Source: Nitrospirota bacterium (GTDB lineage Bacteria > Nitrospirota > UBA9217). From it: a stretch of DNA of 64,000 nt. The notes beneath the pieces were generated by a model. The model saw only the letters and a program-made list of their open reading frames with translations. It was not told the origin of the DNA and ran no database searches. Position numbers and translations under genes: made by a program. Below, piece by piece: positions 37,593 to 48,554 of the stretch (positions within the stretch are counted from its first letter, which is position 1; every line of letters begins with the position of its first letter). The stretch lies in NCBI GenBank assembly GCA_963818475.1, contig CAWFSF010000006.1, forward strand, positions 32,001-96,000, written 5' to 3'.

Positions 37593-38055
37593 CTGAATAC
37601 CACGAACATCACCATCCGTCACGCCCGGCCCGAGGACATCCCGCGCATGTGCGACCTCCTGGCCGAGCTCTTCTCCATCGAGTCCGACTTTGTCCCGGAC
37701 CGGGAAAAGCAGGTCCAGGGCCTCAGTGCGCTGATCGCCCATCCTCCGGGAAAAGTGCTGGTGCTCGTCGCGGTCATTGACGGGCTGGTCGTGGGCATGG
37801 CAACGGTGCAGACGCTCATTTCCACGGCGGAAGGCGGCCGGGTCGGTCTTGTCGAGGACGTGATCGTGGACCGGAAGTTTCGCTCGCAGGGGATCGGTAC
37901 GCTCCTGCTTGAAGGGATCATGACCTGGAGCAAGAGCGCGGGGCTTAAGACGGCTGCAGCTTCTTGCGGACCGCGATAATCAACCGGCGCTGGATTTCTA
38001 CTCTGCCCGGGGATTAATCCGCACGCGTCTCACCTGTCTCAGGAAAATGCTCTAA
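37593..38055 (+). CDS. GNAT acetyltransferase (frameshifted; start uncertain)
   Basis: LFSIESDF, STAEGG, EDVIV...RSQGIG, ALDFY. Confidence 0.8.
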
Positions 38056-38213
38056 TACAAACGTATTTAGACTTGTTACTGCTTCGCTCTTTTATATCCT
38101 CTCCCCTCTGTGGGAGAGGGTAGGGTGAGGGGGATCCCTCCAAGGGACGTAACAGTTTTTAATTCGTTTGCATTAATAACGTGCAGAGGATTATCGTCAG
38201 GTTTCACCTTGTT

Positions 38214-38996
38214 CTACCCGACAAACTGCCAATAGAGTTGTTTCAGATACCTCGGAAAGTTTATCCCATGTTTAGCCTGCAGGTCGCGGGCTCCGCGGCG
38301 GTAATCGGGCAGGTTTCGGCAGGTTTCGGAGTTTTCGAACCCGAAAACGATCGCATTTTGGTATGATTCGGCGAGGAGGAGCTTCAGTACATTGCCATGA
38401 AAGGCTTCGCAAATCGTATTGTACCGCGCCGTGAAATCATACCCGGGACTGTTCCAGAGATTCATGACGAATACGCCGCCCTGGTTCAGGCGATTGCGGC
38501 AGGCGGAAAGAAAGTCCTTTTCCAGAAGGGAAGCGGCAGGGCCGGATTCATCGAAGGCATCGACAAGGATCATATCGTAGCTCCCGGGATGCGCCCGGTC
38601 CTTCATGAAGTCGCTCCCTGATGCATGAAATATCCTCAAATGCTTGTCCGACCGGGGAAGAAAGAAAAACTCCCGGGAAAGATCGATCACCTGTTGCCTG
38701 ATTTCGACGACATCGATGGCGCAATCGGGCAACGCCTTCAGCAGAAAGTGGACCTGCGAGCATCCACCGAGGCCGACCAGGAGGACCGTGCGGGGATCGC
38801 CGAAGAGCAGCGCGGCCATCATGGCTTCTGTGTAATCTTCCAGAAGAAGATCGGGTTGGTCGATCTGTATCGTGCTTTGCAGCATCCCGTTGCCGAAGTA
38901 GAGCGAGCGCATATTGCCTTCTTCTGCGACGACGAGTTCCCCATACTCATCCCGGTTGCGGCAGAGTAGGTTGCCATTTATTCTCTGGTCCGGCAT
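38214..38996 (-). CDS. spermidine synthase-like SAM methyltransferase
   Basis: LVGLGG, DVVEI, YDMILVDAFD, GGVFVMN. Confidence 0.8.
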   Translation of the reverse strand: MPDQRINGNLLCRNRDEYGELVVAEEGNMRSLYFGNGMLQSTIQIDQPDLLLEDYTEAMMAALLFGDPRTVLLVGLGGCSQVHFLLKALPDCAIDVVEIRQQVIDLSREFFFLPRSDKHLRIFHASGSDFMKDRAHPGSYDMILVDAFDESGPAASLLEKDFLSACRNRLNQGGVFVMNLWNSPGYDFTARYNTICEAFHGNVLKLLLAESYQNAIVFGFENSETCRNLPDYRRGARDLQAKHGINFPRYLKQLYWQFVG

Positions 38997-39022
38997 TTGT
39001 TTTTTATGGCCTCGTCAAGATC

Positions 39023-39083
39023 CCATCACGACGCGGGTGACGCGCCGCCTTTCGGCGCGTCGCTGTGGACCGGCATGTTGGCT
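39023..39083 (-). mobile_element. attC site (core GTT mutated to GTG)
   Basis: imperfect palindrome right after the 39097..40539 stop; closely resembles the attC at 51274. Confidence 0.7.
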
Positions 39084-39096
39084 TTCAAAGATGTTT

Positions 39097-40539
39097 CTAT
39101 TTTATGAAATTTTTCTTCAAAAAATAATCATCTGGCAGAGGTCGATCTGGTATTGTCCTAAAAGGACGCTCAGAAAAATTTAATATCCGTAGTAATATTC
39201 TTTCAAACAAAATCCTCAACCGTTCTTTTTCCAGTATTATCTGTTGACTTTCTTTAAAATCGATTTTACCTTTATGAAAAAGCTCATTTCTGATCGGTAT
39301 AAAGTCAAACAGCTTGTCAGGCTCTAAATCGCCAGTGGTAAGATGCAAGTCTGATAGGAGAGATAAAAGAATAGATTTAAATGATGGATTGTAAAGGTCG
39401 GGAATCTTATCGCTTATGTTATTGATAATTCCGCTATCAATATCATTTTTATTTCCGAATGAATTAATTGTCTCATTTAATAGTGTACGGAGTTTCTTCT
39501 GCTGATTAGCGCTGAGTTTAAATCTCTCTCTATTGTTATCGAGATAAGAATCTTTAATCGCTTCAAGTGCCGTACATAATGACATGAAACTCGATTCAAA
39601 TGTTTCTCGTTCTATGGCAGATATGTACATCCAAATTGATTCATAAAGATTGTATTTATTCTTTATTGAAAGATAAACAGGAAACGATTTTTGAATAAAG
39701 AAATGCCAGTCCTGAAACCGCTCAAAAATAGTATCCCTATAATCGCTTTTATAGAGGACCCTTTTTTGTCCGTTTAAACATTCTCCGTGATAAACAATCT
39801 TATCGTCTTGTCCGTTTTGATTTGCACCGAAAACCAAATATTTATATTTATAGCAATTAATTCTCTTTTTGGACGAGAACGACAATAATGTTCTAAAATC
39901 TTCGATCAGATCAATTGCTCTTTTGATGTCCGCTTCGATATTTGTAGGCTTGTTGATTGTTACAATGAGCGTCTGTTCAATAAATTCGAACGAACCTTTT
40001 ATCGATTCAAGCTCATGTTCGATGTAATCAAAATTAAGATCTATCTCGATTTTCTGGCCATCTTCTTCATATAATTTCAAGATGCCGTCGCTATCTTTTC
40101 TATATCGGTTGCCATTCCAATGCGGTTCTAGCCAAATAGGGGGATAGAATATGTTGTGATAATTTATGTAGAAGTAGAAAATTACAGATTTAATCTCTTC
40201 GGCTTGTGGAATCGGATCATCAGCATTGTCTTCAAATATATTAGCTTCAAAGTAAAATTTTCTTACTTCTCCACCGTGATGGCCCTGAAGGCGGCATTTG
40301 GTAATTCTGTAACTGTTTGCATATTTTCTCTGGAATACTGGTTCGAGATTAAAGTAATAACTGAATATACTCTTGTCTTCTCTAAGGTTTTTTTCAGTCG
40401 CATCATCGCATATAAAATAACCTTTAATCGGCCCATGGGATAACAAGTCAATCTCAAGAAAGCATTTGACATTAGGTACGGTTTTGTCAGGCCAAATAGC
40501 ATTTCCCTGAAAATCTATTTTTCTTATTCTCATGTTCAT
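39097..40539 (-). CDS. ApeA-like HEPN domain protein (integron cassette)
   Basis: AT-rich 480 aa ORF; FMSLCTALEA and C-terminal RNELFH (RxxxxH); bounded by attC sites. Confidence 0.7.
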   Translation of the reverse strand: MNMRIRKIDFQGNAIWPDKTVPNVKCFLEIDLLSHGPIKGYFICDDATEKNLREDKSIFSYYFNLEPVFQRKYANSYRITKCRLQGHHGGEVRKFYFEANIFEDNADDPIPQAEEIKSVIFYFYINYHNIFYPPIWLEPHWNGNRYRKDSDGILKLYEEDGQKIEIDLNFDYIEHELESIKGSFEFIEQTLIVTINKPTNIEADIKRAIDLIEDFRTLLSFSSKKRINCYKYKYLVFGANQNGQDDKIVYHGECLNGQKRVLYKSDYRDTIFERFQDWHFFIQKSFPVYLSIKNKYNLYESIWMYISAIERETFESSFMSLCTALEAIKDSYLDNNRERFKLSANQQKKLRTLLNETINSFGNKNDIDSGIINNISDKIPDLYNPSFKSILLSLLSDLHLTTGDLEPDKLFDFIPIRNELFHKGKIDFKESQQIILEKERLRILFERILLRILNFSERPFRTIPDRPLPDDYFLKKNFIK

Positions 40540-40564
40540 CGATCAACTCGAGTTTGCTTCTTTG

Positions 40565-40633
40565 AGCTAACGATAATTTGTGGGGCGCGAGCCGCATTGT
40601 GGCGAAGCGTCCCATACGAAATTTTTGTTATGC
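40565..40633 (-). mobile_element. attC site
   Basis: minus strand GCATAAC...GTTAGCT with internal palindrome. Confidence 0.8.
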
Positions 40634-40654
40634 GGCTCAAGGATGTTGCAAGGT

Positions 40655-41017
40655 TCACTTGCACAACATGCTATCGAAATAGACTAGAAGCTGTGTTACA
40701 CCCTGATCACCCACAGATATCCATTCAAAGCTATTAAGAACGTAAGCGTTTCCGCCGTCTATTCGAACCCATTCGTCAATTCCTGCCGCCCCATTTTGCA
40801 AATCACCTTCAACGGTTAAACCAATTGGAGCGATGTACTTTCGTCCTGCGACTTGTAACTTGCAGCTGCCGTCTCGAACTGCCTCACTCGCCCGTGCCCG
40901 ATCATAAAACCTAGACATTGTTGAGTTGGGGAATTTTTCCATGAATTGACTAGGCGTCATTGACGTTGCACAACTGACGATCGCAAAAGCAAATATGCAC
41001 AGAAATATACGACTCAT
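40655..41017 (-). CDS. hypothetical lipoprotein (integron cassette)
   Basis: lipobox IVSC, GGAGG RBS; lies between a GTT core site and an attC. Confidence 0.7.
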   Translation of the reverse strand: MSRIFLCIFAFAIVSCATSMTPSQFMEKFPNSTMSRFYDRARASEAVRDGSCKLQVAGRKYIAPIGLTVEGDLQNGAAGIDEWVRIDGGNAYVLNSFEWISVGDQGVTQLLVYFDSMLCK

Positions 41018-41089
41018 TTTAAGCCTTCCTCCCGGCTGCGACCCCAACACGTTACTGTAAGCGTGGATTTCCAACGCCCAAATTTTCTT

Positions 41090-41112
41090 GCCGCATAACC
41101 AGTGTTTATCTA
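41090..41112 (-). mobile_element. attI-like recombination site
   Basis: minus strand GATAAACACTGGTTATGCGGC; GTTATGCGGC is the exact reverse complement of the inverse core of the downstream attC; no hairpin. Confidence 0.55.
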
Positions 41113-41399
41113 GCCGCAGCTAAGTCGTAAAACACGGAATTTCGTATTTTACCAGCCTAGTAAAAACGATGCCCTAAGCAGTGCTTATATGTGCGGAACT
41201 TTATCATTGAATATATGCAAAGTCAACGATTGACGTTGCTATGTGCTCACTACCGAAAAGTTCTGGCTGGGTGTGGTGTTCTGCGCCTGAACGCGCCCTG
41301 ATCATCTAACCTGTCTGAAAAACATGCAATTGCTTTCGTTTCGAGCAGGGCTTTCTTTTTCCCTTCCTTTATCCTCCTTTAAAAACAACGATCACCCCG

Positions 41400-41415
41400 T
41401 GGCAATCATTTTGCT
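41400..41415 (+). promoter_or_regulatory. sigma54 promoter of nifB
   Basis: TGGCAATCATTTTGCT. Confidence 0.75.
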
Positions 41416-41458
41416 ATAGCGTGAGTACGGGAAGATTGCCAGTCCCAGGGAGGAAACC

Positions 41459-42347
41459 ATGAATACCATCAGGCCTATTTGCAAAGATCTTATGAAGGTG
41501 CACCCCTGCTTTTCGGAAGAGGCGCACCATCTGTTCGGCAGGGTCCATCTGCCGGTCGCGCCGGCCTGCAATATCCAGTGCCGCTACTGCGTCAGAAAAT
41601 TCGACTGCGCCAACGAGTCCCGTCCCGGGATCACCAGCCGGGTCCTGACGCCGGACGAGGCAATGGACCGGACCAGGGCGCTCATCGAGCGGAGCGACAG
41701 GCTGAGCGTTGTGGGCATCGCGGGCCCCGGAGACCCGCTTCGTGAACGCGCCGACCTACGTGACGCTCAGGCAGATCAACTGGGAGTATCCCGACCTGAC
41801 GCTCTGCGTTTCAACGAACGGCCTGCTTCTTTCCGACCGGCTTGAGCAGCTTCTTACCTCGGGCGTTCGGAGCCTGACCGTGACGATCAATGCCGTGACT
41901 CCCGAGACCGCGGAGAACGTCTACGCCTGGGTCATTTACCAGGGGCGGCGGTATGAAGGGCAGGAAGCAGCAAAACTCCTGCTGGCCAACCAGTGGCAGG
42001 GACTGGAAAACGCGATCGACGCGGGCCTTATCACCAAGGTCAATACCGTGTTCATCCCCGGCGTGAACGATCACGAGATCCCGCTGATCGCGGAACGCGC
42101 GGGAAAGCTTGGCGCGGACATCATGAACATTCTGCCGCTGATACCGCAGGCCGAGTTCGCTCACCTGACAAGACCCTCGCATGCCGAGATCACCAGGCTG
42201 CGCGAGCAGTGCCGTCCCTTCATCAAGCAGATGACCCACTGCAAGCAGTGCCGCGCCGATGCCTGCGGGATCCTGGGCGAGGACAAGGACATGGAGCATG
42301 AAGTGCTGATGGCGCGCATCGGCGAGGACTACAACGATTCGTTGTAG
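41459..42347 (+). CDS. nifB: radical SAM NifB (short form without NifX domain; frameshifted)
   Basis: [34 protein letters not shown]. Confidence 0.93.
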
Positions 42348-42510
42348 GATTGCAGGCGAATCCTGTGTCAAAAACCTTTGACACGGATCAGGCGGATTTA
42401 TTTATGAAAAAGCAGGATAACGTCATGGACTTATCCGCTTTGATCATAGCCTTTATCGGATTTTATCCGTGTCAAAGATTTGTTCTTTGGTTGTTGCAGG
42501 AGGTCTTCCT

Positions 42511-43273
42511 ATGACTGCACATGAAATGGAGCGATACCGTCGACAGCTCATGCTGCGGGGTTTCACTCCCGACCATCAGCATCGGCTGAGGAACGCCACG
42601 GCGTTCGTCGCAGGCGTCGGCGGACTGGGCGGGACGGCAGCGCTCTATCTGGCCGTTGCCGGCATCGGCAGGCTCATCCTGGTGCACGCCGGGAACCTGA
42701 CGCTGTCGAACATGAACCGCCAGGTCCTTATGAAGCATAAGGCTATCGGCAAGAGCAGGGTCGTCCAGGCGAAGAAGACGCTCCAGGAGCATGAATCCCG
42801 ATGTGGAGGTCGAGATCCTTCGATGAGCGGATCACCGGGGAGCCAATGCCGGCATGCTGATCAGTTCGGCGAAGATCGCGCTGTCCGCACGGCCGAACTT
42901 TCGGCGAGACGACGGATCCTGAATCAGGCCTGTGTTCGAGAAGGGCATCCCCATGGTCGAGGCGGCCATGAACGGCATGGAAGGATATCTGTTTAACGTC
43001 CTTCCCGGAGAAGCGCCTGCCTGCATTGCATGTATCCCGAGGACGACCCGTGCCTGGCAGGAGATGGGGTTCCCGGTGCTCGGCGCAGTGTCGGGCATGC
43101 TGGGCTGCATGATGGCGCTGGAGGCGATCAAGCTGCTCACGGGCTACGGGAAGCCGCTCGTGGGAAAGATGCTGGTCTTCAATACGGTTGATATGGAATT
43201 CAGGAAGTTGAACATACCCCGGAACGACAACTGCGAGATCTGCGGGGACGGTCTTTGCAGAAGTTCGGCATGA
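42511..43273 (+). CDS. hesA: HesA/MoeB/ThiF family protein (frameshifted)
   Basis: ERYRRQ, GVGGLG, LSNMNRQ, CIAC, CEIC. Confidence 0.8.
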
Positions 43274-43668
43274 ATTTACTGCGGGAGCATTATTTGATCA
43301 ATGCGTCCCAGGGGAGGTCCTTATGATGGTGATCGGAGTTCTCATATTCAGCATTGCGGTCTTTGCAGTTTCCTTCGGGATCGCAAAAGCTCCCCGGTTC
43401 GACCAGGGAAAGCTCGCGGCTTCGCTGGTGCTTGTTGCCTGGGGATCCATGCTGTTCGGATTGTTCCTCTCACGCCTGGCATTTTAGTATTAACATCCGA
43501 CTTTCCCCACTTCAGCTCGGATCTGTGCTCTTCCCATGTTCATATTTTAATCACTTGCTTAATTAATGCCGCAGGGATGTTTCGTGATCAAAATACCAGA
43601 TTTCGCGCCGTGAATAAAATAGCGCATGAAAACAAGCCATTGCAGCATCTGCAGCTTGAGCAATATTA

Positions 43669-43684
43669 TGGCATGGGCCTTGCT
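43669..43684 (+). promoter_or_regulatory. sigma54 promoter of the amtB-glnK operon
   Basis: TGGCATGGGCCTTGCT. Confidence 0.8.
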
Positions 43685-43815
43685 AATAGACAGGCAAGAG
43701 GTTGTTGCATAACAACTGACAGAAGGCTCCGGAGGCTTTCACAGTTTCAAAGAATGTGCACCTGCCCACTGGCAGGAGCGGGAATAAAACAGAGAGATTC
43801 AAGGAGGAGAATACG

Positions 43816-44581
43816 ATGAAGAAGATTATGATGATGTTGGGTTTGGTGCTGATGGCAGCAGGCACGGCACATGCCACGCCGTCCACGCAGATCTGGATCG
43901 CCGATGGTGATCGGACATCCAGGCGTTTATGAAATTGCGCATCTTGGCATCGACAGTTACACACAACAACCAAGAAGTCGGATTCAGATCAGCAGGAGCC
44001 GAATTTCATCACCAACGGCATCACCGTCGGTGTGCTTCCGTTTGAGAAGATCCAGATGGAATGGGCATCGACAGCGCACTGCATCGACCTCGGACTCAGC
44101 ATCCGTATCTATTTCAATGCGAAGCTCGGCACTCCTGAAGGTTAGTTGTTTACGGCGTCGCCGGCAATGCCGATCGGCGGGTATGATTTCGGCACCAGGA
44201 AGTACAGGCAGGTCCGCTGGGGCACCGACTAGAATATCGTCTACGGCATGTGGCAAAGACGTTAGGCGCCGTGTCGGGACGTGTCTCGGTCGGTCTATTA
44301 TCAGGGCAACGACAAGATGCTGCTCGACAAGAACGGTAAGAAGGAGAACACCGGCGTGCTGGTCGCATCGATCGGGACCGGACCATACCGAGGATCTGCG
44401 GGGAACAAGCTCTGGGTTGTTGTCGACGGACATGGGCGGCGAGAACGCTATGGCGCGCGGAGCTACGGCGTTCCTGGAAATTCGCACCGAACGTGGGCGT
44501 CTCCTCGGCCAGGCAAGTATCAAGAAAAGGTGATCAACGGCGCCCGACGTGGACACGCTGCAGCTCGATATCGATTTCTAA
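43816..44581 (+). CDS. probable outer-membrane beta-barrel protein (heavily frameshifted)
   Basis: AGGAGG RBS, signal peptide MKKIMMMLGLVLMAAGTAHA, C-terminal TLQLDIDF-stop. Confidence 0.55.
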
Positions 44582-44656
44582 CAGATCGGGAGGCCTGCCG
44601 TATGCATCGGTATGCGGCAGGCGCTCTCATAATATTTAACGCAGGGAGGAATTATC

Positions 44657-45999
44657 ATGAAAAAGTTTATCAGCATCATTATGCTTATGGCTGCACTGTT
44701 GTGCATGAGCTTCCCGGCATTTGCCGAGGAGGCCCTGGCCCCGGCAGCTGCTGTTGCGGAGGCGGCTCCTGCAGCGCCGGCAGCGGCTCCGAAGCTTGAC
44801 ACCGGCGACACGGCCTGGATGATCGTGGCAACGGCCCTGGTCATGCTCATGTCCATACCCGGCCTGGCCCTGTTCTACGGCGGCCTGGCAAAGACCAAGG
44901 ATTCGCTGAACACGATGGCCATGACCTTCGTGACCTTCTGCATCGCGAGCCTGCTCTGGGTCATCTACGGGTATCCGCTGACCTTCGGCACGGACATCGG
45001 CGGCTTCATCGGGAGCACGGAGAAGATGTTCCTGAAAGGGCGTTGGTTCGAACAGCCTCTTCGGCACCATCCCCGAGTATATCTTCATCGTGTATCAGCT
45101 TACCTTCGCCGCGATCACCGTGGCCCTGGCGAGCGGCGCCTACATCGAGCGCATGAAGTTCTCGGCATGGGTGCTCTTTTCGATCTTCTGGATGACCCTG
45201 GTCTATATCCCGGTGGCGCACTGGGTCTGGGGCGGCGGGTTCCTGGCAAAGCTCGGAGCGCTTGACTTCGCCGGCGGGACCGTGGTGCATGTCAATGCCG
45301 GTATTGCGGCGCTCGTGGGCGCACTGGTCCTGGGCAAGCGGCACGCTAAAGGCGATCATGCCGAGCAACCTGACCCTGGTCATCACCGGCGCCGGACTCC
45401 TGTGGTTCGGGTGGTTCGGGTTCAATGCCGGATCGGCCCTCGCAGCGAACGGCCTGGCAGGCGCGGCCTTCATCAACACGAACACGGCGGCAGCGGTCGC
45501 GGCACTGGCCTGGATGTTCGTTGAGTGGAAGCATTCCGGCAAGCCCACGGTGCTCGGCCTGGCCTCGGGCGCGGTCGGCGGTCTGGTCGCCATCACCCCG
45601 GCGGCAGGCTTCGTGAACATCATGGGCGCCATCGTCATCGGTCTCGCGGCAGGCATCATCCCGTTCTATGCAGTGGCGAAGCTCAAGCCCCTGCTCGGCT
45701 ATGACGATACGCTCGATGCCTTCGGCATTCACGGCATCGGCGGCACCCTCGGCGCGATCCTGACCGGCGTGTTCGCGGACCCGGCCATCAACCCGGCGGG
45801 CACCGGGCTGCTCTACGGCAATCCCGGCCAGCTCTGGACGCAGATCGTCGCCGTCGGCGTAACGCTCGTGTACAGCGGCATCATGACCTTCATCATCTTC
45901 ATGGTCATCAAGGTCGTTGTCGGGATCCGGGTCGATGCAGAGGAAGAGTCGGTCGGGCTTGACGAGAGCCAGCATGGTGAGCGGGCGTATAATCTGTAG
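44657..45999 (+). CDS. amtB: ammonium transporter (frameshifted)
   Basis: [45 protein letters not shown]. Confidence 0.95.
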
Positions 46000-46009
46000 C
46001 CGTTGACGC

Positions 46010-46038
46010 GTAGGGGCGGGTTTAAAACCCGCACCTAC
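46010..46038. repeat. GTAG-type REP palindrome
   Basis: gtaggggcgggtttaaaacccgcacctac. Confidence 0.65.
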
Positions 46039-46043
46039 AATAA

Positions 46044-46391
<348 letters not shown>

Positions 46392-46414
46392 CCCTCGTCG
46401 TTTATCCTCCCTGG

Positions 46415-46447
46415 GCCGGCATGTTCATCGCATGCCGGCTTTTTTTT
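46415..46447 (+). terminator. intrinsic terminator
   Basis: gccggcatg-loop-catgccggc followed by a T-run. Confidence 0.8.
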
Positions 46448-46502
46448 ATTCAGGAGGGGGGGAGAGGCTGAACTCGCGCGGAGCCAGAAGTAGGCGCTTC
46501 TA

Positions 46503-46722
46503 AGCGACGCGGAGGCGCAGAGAAAGCAAAAGATTTAAACCGAAGATCTATTTTTTTAACAGGCTGTTGAAAAAGTATTTTATGGTGTCATCCTGAACGA
46601 AGTGAAGGATCTGAGGTTGTAAAACCGAGATTCTTCGCTGCGCTCAGAATGACAAATCCTGCGGAATTTCGATTTTTTCAACAACCTGCTAAGCTTTCTC
46701 AGCGGCTCAGCGCCTCTGCGCG
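46503..46722. repeat. three nested palindromic elements
   Basis: outer cgcggaggcgcagagaaagc / gctttctcagcggctcagcgcctctgcg; middle caggctgttgaaaaa / tttttcaacaacctg; inner gtcatcctga...agaatgac. Confidence 0.7.
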
Positions 46723-46765
46723 AGATAATGTTGGTAGGTTTAAAGTACGTCGATAGCGGCTGTTT

Positions 46766-47146
46766 TTATTTCCGGGCAGCATCGACGCTCCAGATCCCGC
46801 CGCCCTTTGTGGAGATGTACAGAAAGACGAAGCAGTACAGCACCGCGAGTTCTCCGCCGTTCTGGATCGGCAGCACTGCCTTCGTTCCGTGCGCTATCCA
46901 ATAGGCAAAGGCCATCTGACCGCTTGCGAGAAAGGCCGACCAGCGAGTAAACAGCCCGATCATGACCAGGATGCCCGCGACCAGTTCGATCGGACCGGCG
47001 CCATAGAGTATGAAGCCGGGGACTCCCGCAGGCATCGCGCTCGGGATGCCGAACAGCTTCTGCGAGCCATGCCACAAAAACAGGAATCCAACGACGATCC
47101 GCATCAATGCGTAAGCCTGGGAATTGTAGCTCGACAATGATTTCAT
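46766..47146 (-). CDS. DoxX family membrane protein
   Basis: RIVVGFLFLWHGSQKLFG, SGQMAFAY, NGGELA. Confidence 0.9.
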   Translation of the reverse strand: MKSLSSYNSQAYALMRIVVGFLFLWHGSQKLFGIPSAMPAGVPGFILYGAGPIELVAGILVMIGLFTRWSAFLASGQMAFAYWIAHGTKAVLPIQNGGELAVLYCFVFLYISTKGGGIWSVDAARK

Positions 47147-47335
47147 GGGAGCACCTCCGGTGAATTGTGGCGGAAAGATGTTCAACCCCGTTTAATCCGA
47201 TAGCATGGTTTGCGGCAATGTCTTGGTTACCAAACCTATTTGCGGCATCCGCGAGTTCAATATGATGGATTGTGATCAGTACTACCTGCAGGTTCGAGCT
47301 GATGCAACAACCAACGGATACGGCATGTAACTTAC

Positions 47336-47391
47336 ACATAACGACGAGTTCACACGCCGCGAAGCGGTCGGCGTGGAACGACGTGTTATTG
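47336..47391 (-). mobile_element. attC site
   Basis: minus strand AATAACACGTCGTTCCACGCCGACCGCTTCGCGGCGTGTGAACTCGTCGTTATG. Confidence 0.85.
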
Positions 47392-47447
47392 TCTTTTTCA
47401 CCTTTCTCGACTGCGGGTTCCTATGAAACGGGATAATGTCCGCCAAC

Positions 47448-47945
47448 TTAAAGAACTTTTAAAGAACCAAAAATATCAGACTTATTTGGGTTGTATGTCG
47501 GAACAATTTTGCCCCATGTTGAGGCATACTTGAATCGATGAATGCTTCTTGCAGCACTGTTCGGATAAAATATTACTTTTTCTGATGTGTTGGGAATCGG
47601 TTTGCGCAATTGAAGTAATAGGCCATCGCCGGACAGATTTGTTATAACTTCGAGAACTGTACCTTGACTCGAATCGTTCGCTTGCCAGCGAATGTCCCAA
47701 TCAAGCCAGACAGTTTTATTAACCAGTTGTTCTAATTCTGCTGATGTTGCTTGATGACCAAGGATTTTAGCGTATATCGAAATAGGCAGAGTCAGCATAC
47801 CCTTTATCAAAATGATTATAGGAGTAGGCGCATTTTGTTGTTTTAGTTCCCGTAAGTCGGATACGAAATTAACGGAAATCAGCAGTAAAAGAATACCAGC
47901 TGTACAGCCAACCACAAGTATTAACCATTGAACAAAGAGAGGCAT
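47448..47945 (-). CDS. hypothetical membrane-anchored protein (integron cassette)
   Basis: AT-rich ORF between two attC sites. Confidence 0.7.
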   Translation of the reverse strand: MPLFVQWLILVVGCTAGILLLLISVNFVSDLRELKQQNAPTPIIILIKGMLTLPISIYAKILGHQATSAELEQLVNKTVWLDWDIRWQANDSSQGTVLEVITNLSGDGLLLQLRKPIPNTSEKVIFYPNSAARSIHRFKYASTWGKIVPTYNPNKSDIFGSLKVL

Positions 47946-47986
47946 GTATTACTCCAAACCACTTAAAAGTCATTTTCGTATTTCTT

Positions 47987-48037
47987 AAATAACGACGAGT
48001 TCACACGCCGCGAAGCGGTCGGCGTGGAACGACTCGT
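47987..48037 (-). mobile_element. attC site interrupted by a group II intron
   Basis: near-identical to the 47336 attC but stops at ...GACTCGT, inside the inverse core. Confidence 0.85.
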
Positions 48038-48485
48038 GTACGCCCGGCACGGGCGTGAACTTATGGGGTGCAAGTCCCCTGTACGAGAACCAACAGTAGC
48101 ACAAGTACTAGCCCAAGGCAAGGGCGGAAGGGCGACCGACCGTCTGAAGGAAGCCTAAGGCGAACGTGCGAGCCGACGAACAGAAACCGCATACAAGGCT
48201 CAGTCCCTGAAGCAAGTCAGCACTACATGACGAAGCCCACCGGTTCAGGGGATAGGGCAAATGCGGCGGTTGTGCACGGAAAGTTCACGTTCTTATCCGG
48301 GGAGATCTGCGCGACGTGCGATAGGATCGTTATGAGAGAATCCGGGACGGGTCAACCCGGCAACCAAGGCCCAGGCATATCCGTTCGCTGTCAGCGGATA
48401 TGAGTCCCTACAGGGGAAACACGCATGGCAGCGGGTCAAAGCAAACATGGTAAGGAGCAGCCGGCATCGATGAAATGTCGATAAC
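48038..48485 (+). mobile_element. group IIC (attC-targeting) intron, 5' fragment without RT ORF
   Basis: starts GTACGCCCGGCACGGGCG; GGGTGCAAGTCCC and CTGAAGGAAGC resemble IIC domain I; inserted antisense to the cassettes. Confidence 0.75.
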
Positions 48486-48550
48486 GGAGCATACAGGGTC
48501 AGGAGCATACAGGGTCAGGAGCATACAGGGTCAGAGCATACAGGTCTTGA
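48486..48550. repeat. 16-bp tandem repeat flanking RAYT
   Basis: (ggagcatacagggtca)x3 plus a partial copy ending caggtcttga. Confidence 0.9.
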
Positions 48551-48554
48551 ATTA

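Noticed and set aside
48038-48485. Retron or DGR element
   Set aside because: No reverse transcriptase ORF or TR/VR pair in the window; the sequence fits a group IIC intron 5' fragment
48486-48550. CRISPR array
   Set aside because: Contiguous 16-bp tandem units with no spacers and no cas genes
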